NCBI GenBank assembly: GCA_029945195.1
Contig: GCA_029945195.1_4117.1
Origin: a phage
DNA length: 64,000 nt
Reading direction: 5' to 3' (one strand)
A program made the position numbers and the translations under genes. The notes beneath the pieces were generated by a model. That model was not told where the DNA came from and ran no database searches. It saw only the letters and a list, made by a program, of their open reading frames with translations. Below, piece after piece: positions 28,323-39,540 of the stretch. Position 1 is the first letter of the stretch. Every line of letters starts with the position of its first letter.

Positions 28323-28564
28323 TGGATATTGAAAAAGTATCATCTCGTGCAAAACAACTAGCTGATACGTTGGGAGTAGAGTTTAAAATTCCTGATATTT
28401 CAATAGCTAAAGAAAAAGCCCAGATTAAAATTAACAAAATGAAAGAATATCTATCTAAACAAGAACAGTATGATTCGGCTGTAGAATTTATTGTAAAATC
28501 TTTTAGTAAAGATGATATTTTGGCATTTATCAAACATGTGAAGGTTTCTGGCAACCCTAAATAA
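28322..28564 (+). CDS. Hypothetical small protein
   Basis: ATG overlapping upstream stop (TAATG). Confidence 0.45.
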   Translation: MDIEKVSSRAKQLADTLGVEFKIPDISIAKEKAQIKINKMKEYLSKQEQYDSAVEFIVKSFSKDDILAFIKHVKVSGNPK

Positions 28565-28610
28565 ATGTGAAGAACAAAAAGTTCTTCTTAACAATTTGGG
28601 AGATACTATT

Positions 28611-28853
28611 ATGCTCAGTTTTCGTGAACAATTAGCAAAAGGTCAATTTCAGGCTAAAGCTCAAACTAATATTCCTAAAAAATCTGCATTTTTAGGAACA
28701 ATTACGGAAGATGGATTTTGTGATTATGATGCACCAGAAGATTCATGGTACATTACAAAAGACACAAAACGCAGTAATAGACTTCACAAAAGTACAATAG
28801 CTAGAAAGCATCGAAAAGAATTAAAGAAAATCCGTTTCGGTGAAGAAGAATAA
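28611..28853 (+). CDS. Hypothetical small basic protein
   Basis: ATG 28611 with GGGAG SD; the track start is a TTG. Confidence 0.45.
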   Translation: MLSFREQLAKGQFQAKAQTNIPKKSAFLGTITEDGFCDYDAPEDSWYITKDTKRSNRLHKSTIARKHRKELKKIRFGEEE

Positions 28854-28862
28854 TTTAAAATA

Positions 28863-28891
28863 AGGACTCTGACCACAGAGTCCTTTCTTTT
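28863..28891 (+). terminator. Rho-independent terminator
   Basis: 9-bp stem AGGACTCTG/CAGAGTCCT then TTTCTTTT. Confidence 0.6.
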
Positions 28892-28902
28892 CGGAGAATA
28901 TA

Positions 28903-29379
28903 ATGATTCATGAACACCGAGGTAATCTGTTTGAATTATTCAGTACTGTTACCGATGATCAAAATGCATTACATATTATTGCTCACGGATGTAATGCTCA
29001 AGGTAAGATGGGTTCTGGTTTCGCAAAGGAACTAAGGAATCGCTACCCAATGGCATATGATGATTATAAAGCATATGAAAAGGAAATGGGATTTCTTAGA
29101 ATTGGACAAATTGCATATTCAGCAATTAACGATAATTTGATTATTGCAAACTGTATTACCCAAAAAATGTACGGTAATGACGGTGCTAAATATGTCAGTT
29201 ATGATGCAATTGACGATGTGTTCAAACATCTAAATTATTTTTGTAAAGTTGATCGAGATGTTCATGTACATTTCCCGAAAATTGGAGCCGATTTGGGCGG
29301 CGGTAACTGGAACGTTATCAAAGAAATCATTGATCACCGTCTGGTCAATGCAGAAAAACACTTATACATTCTAAAATAA
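28903..29379 (+). CDS. Macro-domain protein (ADP-ribose binding / processing)
   Basis: HIIAHGCNAQGKMGSGFAKEL and HFPKIGADLGGGNWNVIKEII parallel the macro-domain NAAN..L.GGGGV and FP.I..G.YG motifs. Confidence 0.55.
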   Translation: MIHEHRGNLFELFSTVTDDQNALHIIAHGCNAQGKMGSGFAKELRNRYPMAYDDYKAYEKEMGFLRIGQIAYSAINDNLIIANCITQKMYGNDGAKYVSYDAIDDVFKHLNYFCKVDRDVHVHFPKIGADLGGGNWNVIKEIIDHRLVNAEKHLYILK

Positions 29380-29398
29380 ACAAAAGGACTTGACAAAA

Positions 29399-29707
29399 AT
29401 GACTATGACCGTTAAACTACTAAACATCAATAACATTGGCCCAGTACTAGCAGTTCTTCAAACCGATTCTGCTGAAGCTGTTGTAGTTAACTACCCAGCA
29501 CAACTAGGGACTGACGAAAATGGTGAAATCATTCTTCGTGATTATCTAGAGTTTGTTAGTATGGAGAAAAATGTTATTTTTTATAAATCCAACATTATTA
29601 GTGTTAGTGATGCAAACCCTGCATTAGTTGATGCTTATGTTGATGCTATTAAAGCAATCGAAAACACTCCAAAAGTTTTCGTTCCTGAGAATAAAATCAT
29701 TCTATAA
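29399..29707 (+). CDS. Hypothetical protein
   Basis: ATG 29399 with AAGGA SD. Confidence 0.45.
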   Translation: MTMTVKLLNINNIGPVLAVLQTDSAEAVVVNYPAQLGTDENGEIILRDYLEFVSMEKNVIFYKSNIISVSDANPALVDAYVDAIKAIENTPKVFVPENKIIL

Positions 29708-29719
29708 TAGAGGTATATA

Positions 29720-30097
29720 ATGGCTGCTAATGACGTTAAAGTAAAAACTATCCAAGCTATCGTAGTACTGAAAGATTCTACACCATCCCCTAAAGAATTA
29801 GTAATGGCTGGGATGACTATGTTACATCAATACAACCCTGAATCACCTAACTATGTTCAAGAATACGAAGCTAAGAAGTTTAAAGAACATTGGCAGTCAT
29901 GGATTAAAGATAATGAAATGGAGCAGGTAGTTTATGCTGCTGATGACATTTTCGAACTGGAACAAATTGAATATCTAGCTGGTCAGCAATCAGTACCATT
30001 GAGCATTTTCGGTAATGGTGAAGAAGTTCTGGTATTGGGACCATTCACTGCTGATGATATCATTCACTTACTGAGTAATTGTAAGAAAATTGAATAA
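29720..30097 (+). CDS. Hypothetical protein
   Basis: AGAGG SD, ATG. Confidence 0.5.
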   Translation: MAANDVKVKTIQAIVVLKDSTPSPKELVMAGMTMLHQYNPESPNYVQEYEAKKFKEHWQSWIKDNEMEQVVYAADDIFELEQIEYLAGQQSVPLSIFGNGEEVLVLGPFTADDIIHLLSNCKKIE

Positions 30098-30313
30098 AAA
30101 TTCGAAACTGTCAGGTTACCGTAACAACACGTTGAAGTACAATGATATTAAGTACTGGGTTGATCCTTACTTAAATAAATCATTGTTAATGTACAGAGAT
30201 AAATCACGAGATCTATATGGAATATATGTTACTCAGTTAATATATATAATAGATTCCGAGCATTTTACTCCATTGGTATACCTGTACTGCTTGTATAATT
30301 CAAAATAACTATT

Positions 30314-30358
30314 AGCACCTCTAAATAATGTATATAAACATTAATGAGGTGCTTTTTT
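30314..30358 (+). terminator. Hairpin with T-run; its right arm contains the SD of the downstream gene
   Basis: Perfect 8-bp stem AGCACCTC/GAGGTGCT with a 24-nt AT-rich loop, then T6 and the ATG at 30359. Confidence 0.35.
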
Positions 30359-31150
30359 ATGTCTTACGATTATATGGGTGGAAACCCTGATGCTCCTAAC
30401 TTTGACCATCGTGAAAAACTGAAAGATGTTATCACTCAAATGTTGGGTGCTGGGGCCGTTGAGGTAGAAATTACTGATGGTCAATTAGAAATTGCAATTG
30501 AAAATGCGGTATCGAATTACAGAGCGTGGAGTTCTGCTTCTAAAGAAGAAGCATTTTTAAATATGAAATTTTATGATTCACAATCTGTATATATGCTACC
30601 AACTGAAGTTGAAATTGTTAAAAAGATTTATCGTTATGGTAATGGTTACTTAAGTTCTGGTAGTGGGAACTCAGTAGATCCGTTTTCTCTAGCATTCACC
30701 AACACTTACTTATTGACTTCAGCACGAAATGCAGGTGGATATGATCTAACTACATATGATTTTAGTTTTCAGTTCCAAGAACTGGTAGGTCGTATGTTTG
30801 GTCGTGATATTATATTTCAATTTAACCCAATGACCAAAAAATTAATTATAGATCGTGATATTCGCGGTACTGAAGAAGTACTATTACACGTATATCATAA
30901 TATTCCAGAACCATTGTTGTTTCAAAGACAGCAAAGTTATCCTTGGCTACGTGATTGGGCATTGTCTGAAGCCATGATTATGTTGGGTCGTAACCGTGCC
31001 AAATTTGCTTCTCTTCCAGGTCCACAGGGAACGTTTTCTATGGATGGTGATACATTACGTAATGAAGGATTACAACTTCAGGAACAGCTTAAAGAGCGTT
31101 TGAAACGTTATCAAGATGGTGCTGAACCACTAGGTATGATTATTGGTTAA
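30359..31150 (+). CDS. Hypothetical protein (possibly virion-associated)
   Basis: ATG 30359 after a GAGGTG SD; the track start at 30344 lies in the hairpin. Confidence 0.5.
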   Translation: MSYDYMGGNPDAPNFDHREKLKDVITQMLGAGAVEVEITDGQLEIAIENAVSNYRAWSSASKEEAFLNMKFYDSQSVYMLPTEVEIVKKIYRYGNGYLSSGSGNSVDPFSLAFTNTYLLTSARNAGGYDLTTYDFSFQFQELVGRMFGRDIIFQFNPMTKKLIIDRDIRGTEEVLLHVYHNIPEPLLFQRQQSYPWLRDWALSEAMIMLGRNRAKFASLPGPQGTFSMDGDTLRNEGLQLQEQLKERLKRYQDGAEPLGMIIG

Positions 31151-31155
31151 ATTAA

Positions 31156-31182
31156 AAAAGACTCCTATATGGAGTCTTTTTC
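31156..31182 (+). terminator. Rho-independent terminator
   Basis: Stem AAAAGACTCC/GGAGTCTTTT with loop ATAT. Confidence 0.55.
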
Positions 31183-31190
31183 ACATTATG

Positions 31191-31199
31191 TGATATAAT
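31191..31199 (+). promoter_or_regulatory. Extended -10 promoter element TGATATAAT
   Basis: Recurrent 9-mer immediately after the terminator. Confidence 0.35.
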
Positions 31200-31226
31200 G
31201 ATACTATTAATCTAAAGGAACTTGTC

Positions 31227-31496
31227 ATGAATAATAACATAAATGCAATGTATAACAAATATAGTTGTGGTGCACCTACATTAGATTATGAGTCAACAGA
31301 AAAATTCTGGAAATTTTTAAAAGAATCAATCGTTGATGTTTTCGGTAGAGATCGAATAAACGCGTGGGCGAGTATATGTCGTGATGATAATGGAGAAACA
31401 TTCTACATCACTTATGTTACTATATATTATGGGAGCGAGTTTATAGTTCAATTACTTGAATGTTTAGTAGGAAAGGATTTAGTAGTACTTATATAA
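31227..31496 (+). CDS. Hypothetical protein
   Basis: AAAGGA SD, ATG. Confidence 0.5.
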   Translation: MNNNINAMYNKYSCGAPTLDYESTEKFWKFLKESIVDVFGRDRINAWASICRDDNGETFYITYVTIYYGSEFIVQLLECLVGKDLVVLI

Positions 31497-31514
31497 TATA
31501 CATGGAGAAGTATT

Positions 31515-32141
31515 ATGGAAAGACAAATAATTGCAATTAACGGTACTATTGGAAGTGGTAAAGATACTTTTGGAGAAACTTTTATTAATAATGGTTACAC
31601 CAGAATGTCATTTGCAACTAATCTTAAAGATTCCGTTGCTGCTATTTTTGGATGGGATCGTGAAATGCTTGAAGGTTCAACTAAGGAAAGTCGTAAGATT
31701 CGTGAAGAACCGGACCAGTACTGGTGTGATAAGTTAGGTCGTAGTGATGTATCCCCTCGATGGGTATTGCAGAATTATGGTACTAATATTTTGCGTAAGT
31801 ATTTTCATAATGATATTTGGGTATTCAGTTTAGAAAAATCAATGCAAGAAATAGATGGAAATATCATCATCACTGATTGCCGTTTTCCAAATGAATTAAA
31901 AATGATTAGATCGCAAAATGGGACTATTATTGAAGTTCAACGTGTTCTACCACATTGGTATGGTTTGGCGGCCTCTTATAATAAAGGGGATATTAATATT
32001 AAACCAGTTGAACTAGAATCAGTACACGAATCTGAGTGGGCTTGGATTGGCATAAACAATCCTGATATAATTGTACAGAATAACAGTACTATTGATGATT
32101 TACATAAAAAAGCAATGGACATTATTTATTCTAATACATAA
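31515..32141 (+). CDS. Deoxynucleoside monophosphate kinase (T4 gene 1-like)
   Basis: P-loop GTIGSGKDT, plus FATNLKDSVAAIFGWD, RWVLQNYGTNIL and IITDCRFPNELKM parallel T4 Dnk segments. Confidence 0.7.
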   Translation: MERQIIAINGTIGSGKDTFGETFINNGYTRMSFATNLKDSVAAIFGWDREMLEGSTKESRKIREEPDQYWCDKLGRSDVSPRWVLQNYGTNILRKYFHNDIWVFSLEKSMQEIDGNIIITDCRFPNELKMIRSQNGTIIEVQRVLPHWYGLAASYNKGDINIKPVELESVHESEWAWIGINNPDIIVQNNSTIDDLHKKAMDIIYSNT

Positions 32142-32235
32142 ATTATAAACAATAAGGACTGGACAATTAAATCCTTCAATAAATAAGACTATACGAATAT
32201 ATTTCGAATAACCAATTATTTTTGGAGGATTTAAT

Positions 32236-34899
32236 ATGGCAGGAGATCTACTCTCACCTGGCGTTTCCATTTCAGTAACTGATGAAAGTATGAGTACCGC
32301 TGCTGCTCCTGGCACTGTACCACTATTTGTAATCGCTACTGCTGAAGACAAACTTGTCCCAGGAAGCAGTGCAATAGCTGCGGGAACTACTAAAGCAAAC
32401 GCTGGAAAACTACAGCTTCTAACATCACAAAAAAGCTCACTTGATACCTATGGTACACCAATTTTTCAAATGAATAACGGTTCTGTTGTTCAAGGTGATG
32501 AACTAAACGAATATGGCCTACATGCAGTATATTCTTATCTAGGCATTACTAACCGTGCATATGTAATTCGTGCTGATATCGATCTAGCACAACTAGCACC
32601 AAGTGCTGAAGCACCAACTGGCCCAGTATCCAATGGTACTTTGTGGTTTGATACCGCACAATCACAAGTAGAAGCGTATGTAGCGAAGAAAGATAGTCCA
32701 AGCAGTTTTTATGATTGGCAACTTAAGCCAGTAACTATTGTAAGTGCTGAAGAAGTTGAAGATGTAAGTCTAGTAGGTTTAAATGTTGATGATTTAGTTC
32801 TACGTTACAAACCAAGCAATGGTCAGATGCTAATGTATAAACGTTCTGCTTCTGGGCTAGTGCAAATGGAAACTTATCTATCACCAATTAACAAAGTTCC
32901 AGTTGGCTCAACTGTAGAAAAAGGTAACATTTGGATTCGTGATGGTTACACCCAAAATGGTTCAAACTATTTTGGTACTCGTTTTGTTATTAAACGTTAT
33001 GCATCCCTAACTCAAGTTTGGAATATTGTACCAGCATATACTGGTAATTCATTCCAAGAAATTGAAGCGAAAAGTGGTGTACTAAACAATAGTTATATCG
33101 CATCTCGTTTTGATGAAGATAGTAAGAGTTTCTCTTTCTATATTCAAAGTGCAAAACTAACAACAATTAGTGCTCCTGCTTTGCCACTTGGTGAAACTAT
33201 TATTGAACAAGCAGGTGCTGATAGTTATATGACTTTTGTTTATTTGAATAAATCAGTTAAAGTACTAGCAGTTCCACAAGGCGGTGTTATTAATACCCAA
33301 ACTATCATCAATAATCTAAATGCAAATGCTGAAATTATTAACGATGGTTTTAAATTTAAACGTGAAACTAATGGTGGTTTAGTTGTTTCCAATACAAAAG
33401 GTTACAGTTTCAAAATCACACAAAGTGGTGATGATATTTTTGCTGAATCTGAACTACAAAAACTAACTGTAGATAGTAACAACTACTCTCTAATTAACGT
33501 TAATAACTTCCGTGTTAGTTATTCAGTACCACGTAGTGTAGCAAAAGAAGGAACTCTCTGGTATGATTTCGGGAACTCCGATAATCTAACTGTAACTATG
33601 TATGTTGCTGATGTTGCTAATGATGAATGGGATCTAGTACAAGAAGAAAACAAATATGTACAAGTTGATGAACCAGCGGCTGACCGTTTAATTTGGGTTT
33701 GTCCTTTGTCTCAAGGCATTGATGGTTATGATTTCTATCGTAACGTTGATGGTGAATGGGTTAAACTTGACAGTACTGATCAAAGTACACTAAATGGTAT
33801 GATTTTCCAAGACTTTAATTTCCCAAGCCAAGTTCCTGCTGCGGCATTGTATCAAAATGGTATGCTTGCAGTTGACCTAGGTAACACTGAAGGTGTTGTT
33901 AAGAAAATGGTTAATGGTCAATGGGAAGTTGTTAGTGGTGTAAGTCTTGATGGTGCTGGCCTATTTGGTCGTGCTGCACAACGTCAACTAGTAGTTGAAG
34001 CACTAGCTGCTGTTATTATTGGTAATGATGACATTCGTTCTGAATTTATTGATTTTAACCTAATTTGTGTACCTGGTTACGTTGAAACACTTGATGAATG
34101 TGTAACTTTAAACACTGATCGTAAAGAAACTGCATTTATTGTTACTGACGTTCCAGCACGTTTGAATCCAACCGGAAACGGTAGTGCTGTACAACAATGG
34201 GCTACTAATGCTAACAATGCACCAAGCAACGGTTCAGTTGGTCGTACAACTGCTTATGATTATGCTGCTCAGTATATGGGTTGGTGTCTAAGTACTAACG
34301 TTGATGGTGAAGAAGTTGCAGTTCCTGGTAGTACTATTGCAATGCGTACATATGCATACAGTGATAGTGTTAGTTATGTATGGTATCCACCTGCTGGTAC
34401 AACTCGTGGTGTTGTAACAAACGCTGCAAGTACTGGTTTTATCAACAGCGAAGGTGAATATCAACCAGTAGTATACAACCAAGGTCAACGTGACGTTATG
34501 TATACTAACAACATTAACCCAATTGCAATGCGTCCTAACCGTGGTTTGCTTGTTTATGGAGATAAAACTCTATCTGCTAATCAAACTTCTGCACTAAGTC
34601 GTGTTAACGTTGCTCGTTTAGTTGTTTATATTCGTCGTCAACTAGAAATTATTTCCGAACCATTCCTATTCCGTTTGAATACTCCAAGTACTCGTCAGGA
34701 ATTTAGTGGTGTAGTTAATAGCTTCTTGGCTGAAATTGTTCAACAACAGGGTCTTTATAACTTCGCAGTGGTTTGTGATGAAAGTAACAACACCGCAGAG
34801 CGTATTGACCGTAATGAACTTTGGATGGATATTGCAATTCAACCAACTAAGAGTATTAACTTCATTTACGTACCAATCCGTATCGAGAAAACTCAATAA
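32236..34899 (+). CDS. Tail sheath protein (T4 gp18-like)
   Basis: N-terminal LLSPGV; C-terminal VVCDESNNTAERIDRNELWMDIAIQPTKSINFIYV parallels T4 gp18 VVCDTTNNTPSVIDRNEFVATFYIQPARSINYI; GGAGG SD. Confidence 0.85.
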   Translation: MAGDLLSPGVSISVTDESMSTAAAPGTVPLFVIATAEDKLVPGSSAIAAGTTKANAGKLQLLTSQKSSLDTYGTPIFQMNNGSVVQGDELNEYGLHAVYSYLGITNRAYVIRADIDLAQLAPSAEAPTGPVSNGTLWFDTAQSQVEAYVAKKDSPSSFYDWQLKPVTIVSAEEVEDVSLVGLNVDDLVLRYKPSNGQMLMYKRSASGLVQMETYLSPINKVPVGSTVEKGNIWIRDGYTQNGSNYFGTRFVIKRYASLTQVWNIVPAYTGNSFQEIEAKSGVLNNSYIASRFDEDSKSFSFYIQSAKLTTISAPALPLGETIIEQAGADSYMTFVYLNKSVKVLAVPQGGVINTQTIINNLNANAEIINDGFKFKRETNGGLVVSNTKGYSFKITQSGDDIFAESELQKLTVDSNNYSLINVNNFRVSYSVPRSVAKEGTLWYDFGNSDNLTVTMYVADVANDEWDLVQEENKYVQVDEPAADRLIWVCPLSQGIDGYDFYRNVDGEWVKLDSTDQSTLNGMIFQDFNFPSQVPAAALYQNGMLAVDLGNTEGVVKKMVNGQWEVVSGVSLDGAGLFGRAAQRQLVVEALAAVIIGNDDIRSEFIDFNLICVPGYVETLDECVTLNTDRKETAFIVTDVPARLNPTGNGSAVQQWATNANNAPSNGSVGRTTAYDYAAQYMGWCLSTNVDGEEVAVPGSTIAMRTYAYSDSVSYVWYPPAGTTRGVVTNAASTGFINSEGEYQPVVYNQGQRDVMYTNNINPIAMRPNRGLLVYGDKTLSANQTSALSRVNVARLVVYIRRQLEIISEPFLFRLNTPSTRQEFSGVVNSFLAEIVQQQGLYNFAVVCDESNNTAERIDRNELWMDIAIQPTKSINFIYVPIRIEKTQ

Positions 34900-34906
34900 A
34901 ACACTA

Positions 34907-34932
34907 AGGGAACCTTTTGGTTCCCTTTTTTA
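34907..34932 (+). terminator. Rho-independent terminator
   Basis: Stem AGGGAACC/GGTTCCCT with loop TTTT, then T6. Confidence 0.65.
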
Positions 34933-35295
34933 TTGATTAAAATTAAATACCTTTATATTGATGTTATAAAGGAACATTATGGATATGGAAGAAATACTAA
35001 AAAAAAACAATACAAGATGTCAGTAAAATAGTTTTAACTCAGTTGGAATCAGTACACATACTAAATATATTTTTAAAAAATTTGGAAGATTGTCGGTATA
35101 ATTGAAAAATACGAAGTATACACAAATGGAAAATGGTCTATATCAGTAAACTATATTGACCACACTAAACGAAAAAGATACTTATATTGTGTTAATATTA
35201 ATTGGTTCCCTGTTGATGACACTTTAGTTAATTAAAAATATACTTCCAGATAGATAAATAATATAAAGATGTCATTCCATAATAGGAGAATATAA

Positions 35296-35982
35296 ATGGC
35301 TACAATGCTTGATCGATATGGCGTACCGCTCGCTGGCGGTGGTCGTATCTCTATGAAACAACCAAAAGCAAAATACAAATTTCGTGTTATTTTCTTTGGT
35401 TTTGGTACTAATGATGATGGTAATATGATTACACTAGACACCAATACAGTTGGGGCAGTATCTGTATCACATGAAAATGTCACTGTTCATAGTTACAACA
35501 GTTCTGCACACTATAAAGGTAAGTACACTTGGGATACAATTGATGTTGCTTTCCGTGACTCAGTAGGTAATGCTTCTGCTAAAGCACTATACAACCAAAT
35601 GCGTAAAGAATTCAACTACTACAGTCAAGAATCTCGCATGACTGATTCACAATTTAAATTCGAAATGTGGATTCAAGAACTTGATGGTTCTAATAGTGAA
35701 AATACAACAAACTTGTTTGAAGGAACATTGAGTACTTGGGTATGTCAAGGTTGCTTTATTGAATCCAGCAACTTTGGTGATTGGGATTATTCCTCAAGTG
35801 AAGCACAAGTTATTTCAATGACTGTTCAACCAGATGGTTGTGCTAAATTGGGTCCAAATGGCGAAGCGTTCGGTGATGAAGTTAGTGGCTTCGGTAATCC
35901 ATCAACTGCTACCTCTATTTCTGGTGCACAAACTAATATTAGTAGTACTACTCTACCAGATAGTAACTTCTACGAAAATTAA
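35296..35982 (+). CDS. Tail tube-like protein (paralog 1)
   Basis: Immediately downstream of sheath; shares YGVPL.G......QPKAKYKFRVI..FG with the next gene. Confidence 0.5.
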   Translation: MATMLDRYGVPLAGGGRISMKQPKAKYKFRVIFFGFGTNDDGNMITLDTNTVGAVSVSHENVTVHSYNSSAHYKGKYTWDTIDVAFRDSVGNASAKALYNQMRKEFNYYSQESRMTDSQFKFEMWIQELDGSNSENTTNLFEGTLSTWVCQGCFIESSNFGDWDYSSSEAQVISMTVQPDGCAKLGPNGEAFGDEVSGFGNPSTATSISGAQTNISSTTLPDSNFYEN

Positions 35983-36003
35983 TTTTATTTAAACTTAATA
36001 TAT

Positions 36004-36031
36004 AGCCTCGAATCTATTCGGGGCTTTTTTT
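36004..36031 (+). terminator. Rho-independent terminator
   Basis: Stem AGCCTCGA/TCGGGGCT (one G-U pair) then T7. Confidence 0.55.
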
Positions 36032-36077
36032 ATGCTAAATAAAGTATAATGCCTTATAAAATAAAAAAGAGGTTGCT

Positions 36078-36854
36078 ATGGCAAATAACATGATTAATAA
36101 ATATGGCGTTCCTTTACCATCGGGGCGTAATCGTTCAATGCTACAACCGAAAGCAAAATACAAGTTTCGTGTTATTGTGTATAATTTCGGTACTGATATA
36201 GATGAACGTGATCACATCGCATTAGATGTTGATAAAATTGATAGACCTACTGTAACATTTAGTACTCATAAACTATATCAATTTACTACTAATACTTCCT
36301 ATATAGGTAGTCATGATTGGGAACCAATTACAATATCTATCCGTGATTCAGTTGGTAATGCATCAGCAAAAGCATTATCACGCCAATTACAAAAACAACT
36401 TGACTTTCAACGCAGAATAACTTCAAGAAGTGACCAAGATTATGGTTCTTATAAATTTGGCTTGGTTATACAGATGTTGAGTGGACGTAACTCAGATGAT
36501 ACACTAGGAAATCTAGGAAGAGATACTCTAGTAGATGCTGCAACTGCTGCAACAAATAATTCTGGCTTAGTAAATGCAGTAGATCAATTTATTGGTGGTT
36601 CTTCATATAACAGTGCTGGTGTTATGGAATACTTTGTTTTAACCGGATGTGTTATTCAAAACATATCATACGATTCATTAGATTATAGCTCAAGTTCTCC
36701 AGTTGAAATGGTAGTGACTATCAAACCAGATAATTGTATACAATTTGATAATATTGAAGAAATGTATAGTACCAGAATTAATTCACTTTTACCTGAAAAT
36801 GTCAATCAAGGTTTAGATATCATTGATCGTGTTTTTGGTAGTGTAGGATTTTAA
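36078..36854 (+). CDS. Tail tube-like protein (paralog 2)
   Basis: Paralogous N-terminus; AAGAGG SD. Confidence 0.5.
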   Translation: MANNMINKYGVPLPSGRNRSMLQPKAKYKFRVIVYNFGTDIDERDHIALDVDKIDRPTVTFSTHKLYQFTTNTSYIGSHDWEPITISIRDSVGNASAKALSRQLQKQLDFQRRITSRSDQDYGSYKFGLVIQMLSGRNSDDTLGNLGRDTLVDAATAATNNSGLVNAVDQFIGGSSYNSAGVMEYFVLTGCVIQNISYDSLDYSSSSPVEMVVTIKPDNCIQFDNIEEMYSTRINSLLPENVNQGLDIIDRVFGSVGF

Positions 36855-36865
36855 GGAGATAATGA

Positions 36866-38973
<2,108 letters not shown>

Positions 38974-39000
38974 CTTAAACGACCTTATGGAGTTATTAAA

Positions 39001-39537
39001 ATGAATAGATTACAACAAATCCTAACTGAAAAGAAACCAGTTTATGAATACCGAGTTAAGTTTGCAGTTGAACCAACACCTGAACAACTTAGTAAAGTAA
39101 CACAGCGACTAATGGATCGCTATGATGCGTTTGAAATTGGAGCACTAAAGAAAACAATTTTTATGGAAAAACCATTAGATTTCTATGAATTAGATTGTGG
39201 TGAAATTTGGATGTTTGACTTTAAATGTCATCGTGGCGTTCAATCAAATGTACTAATGTATGAAATTGGCAATTTACTAAGCATGACAGAAGCATTGATT
39301 CGTGTTCGTAGTAAAGATGAACCTCGTCAAATTGAAATGACTGATTTGGAAGATGATATCGATTTTGATGATGTTGATGAACCAGTTATTGGAGTGGATT
39401 TTGGCAAACCAGAAGACAGTTATGACTTAGCTGGACAACAACGTGCAGACACTGCCGTTGATGATGCAATTGAAGCATCGAAAAAAGACAATAAATACTC
39501 TCAATATATGAGTGCTGGTTTTGGTAAAAAGGATTAA
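39001..39537 (+). CDS. Hypothetical protein
   Basis: GGAG SD, ATG. Confidence 0.5.
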   Translation: MNRLQQILTEKKPVYEYRVKFAVEPTPEQLSKVTQRLMDRYDAFEIGALKKTIFMEKPLDFYELDCGEIWMFDFKCHRGVQSNVLMYEIGNLLSMTEALIRVRSKDEPRQIEMTDLEDDIDFDDVDEPVIGVDFGKPEDSYDLAGQQRADTAVDDAIEASKKDNKYSQYMSAGFGKKD

Positions 39538-39540
39538 CAC

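Noticed and set aside
30090-30308. Track ORF 30090..30308 (72 aa)
   Set aside because: Begins at a TTG overlapping the upstream stop with no RBS and no in-frame ATG until late. The interval is more likely a 3' UTR and terminator region.
31531-31737. Alternative-frame ORF inside the dNMP kinase gene
   Set aside because: Lies fully within the kinase gene in another frame, with no RBS and a leucine-rich low-complexity translation.
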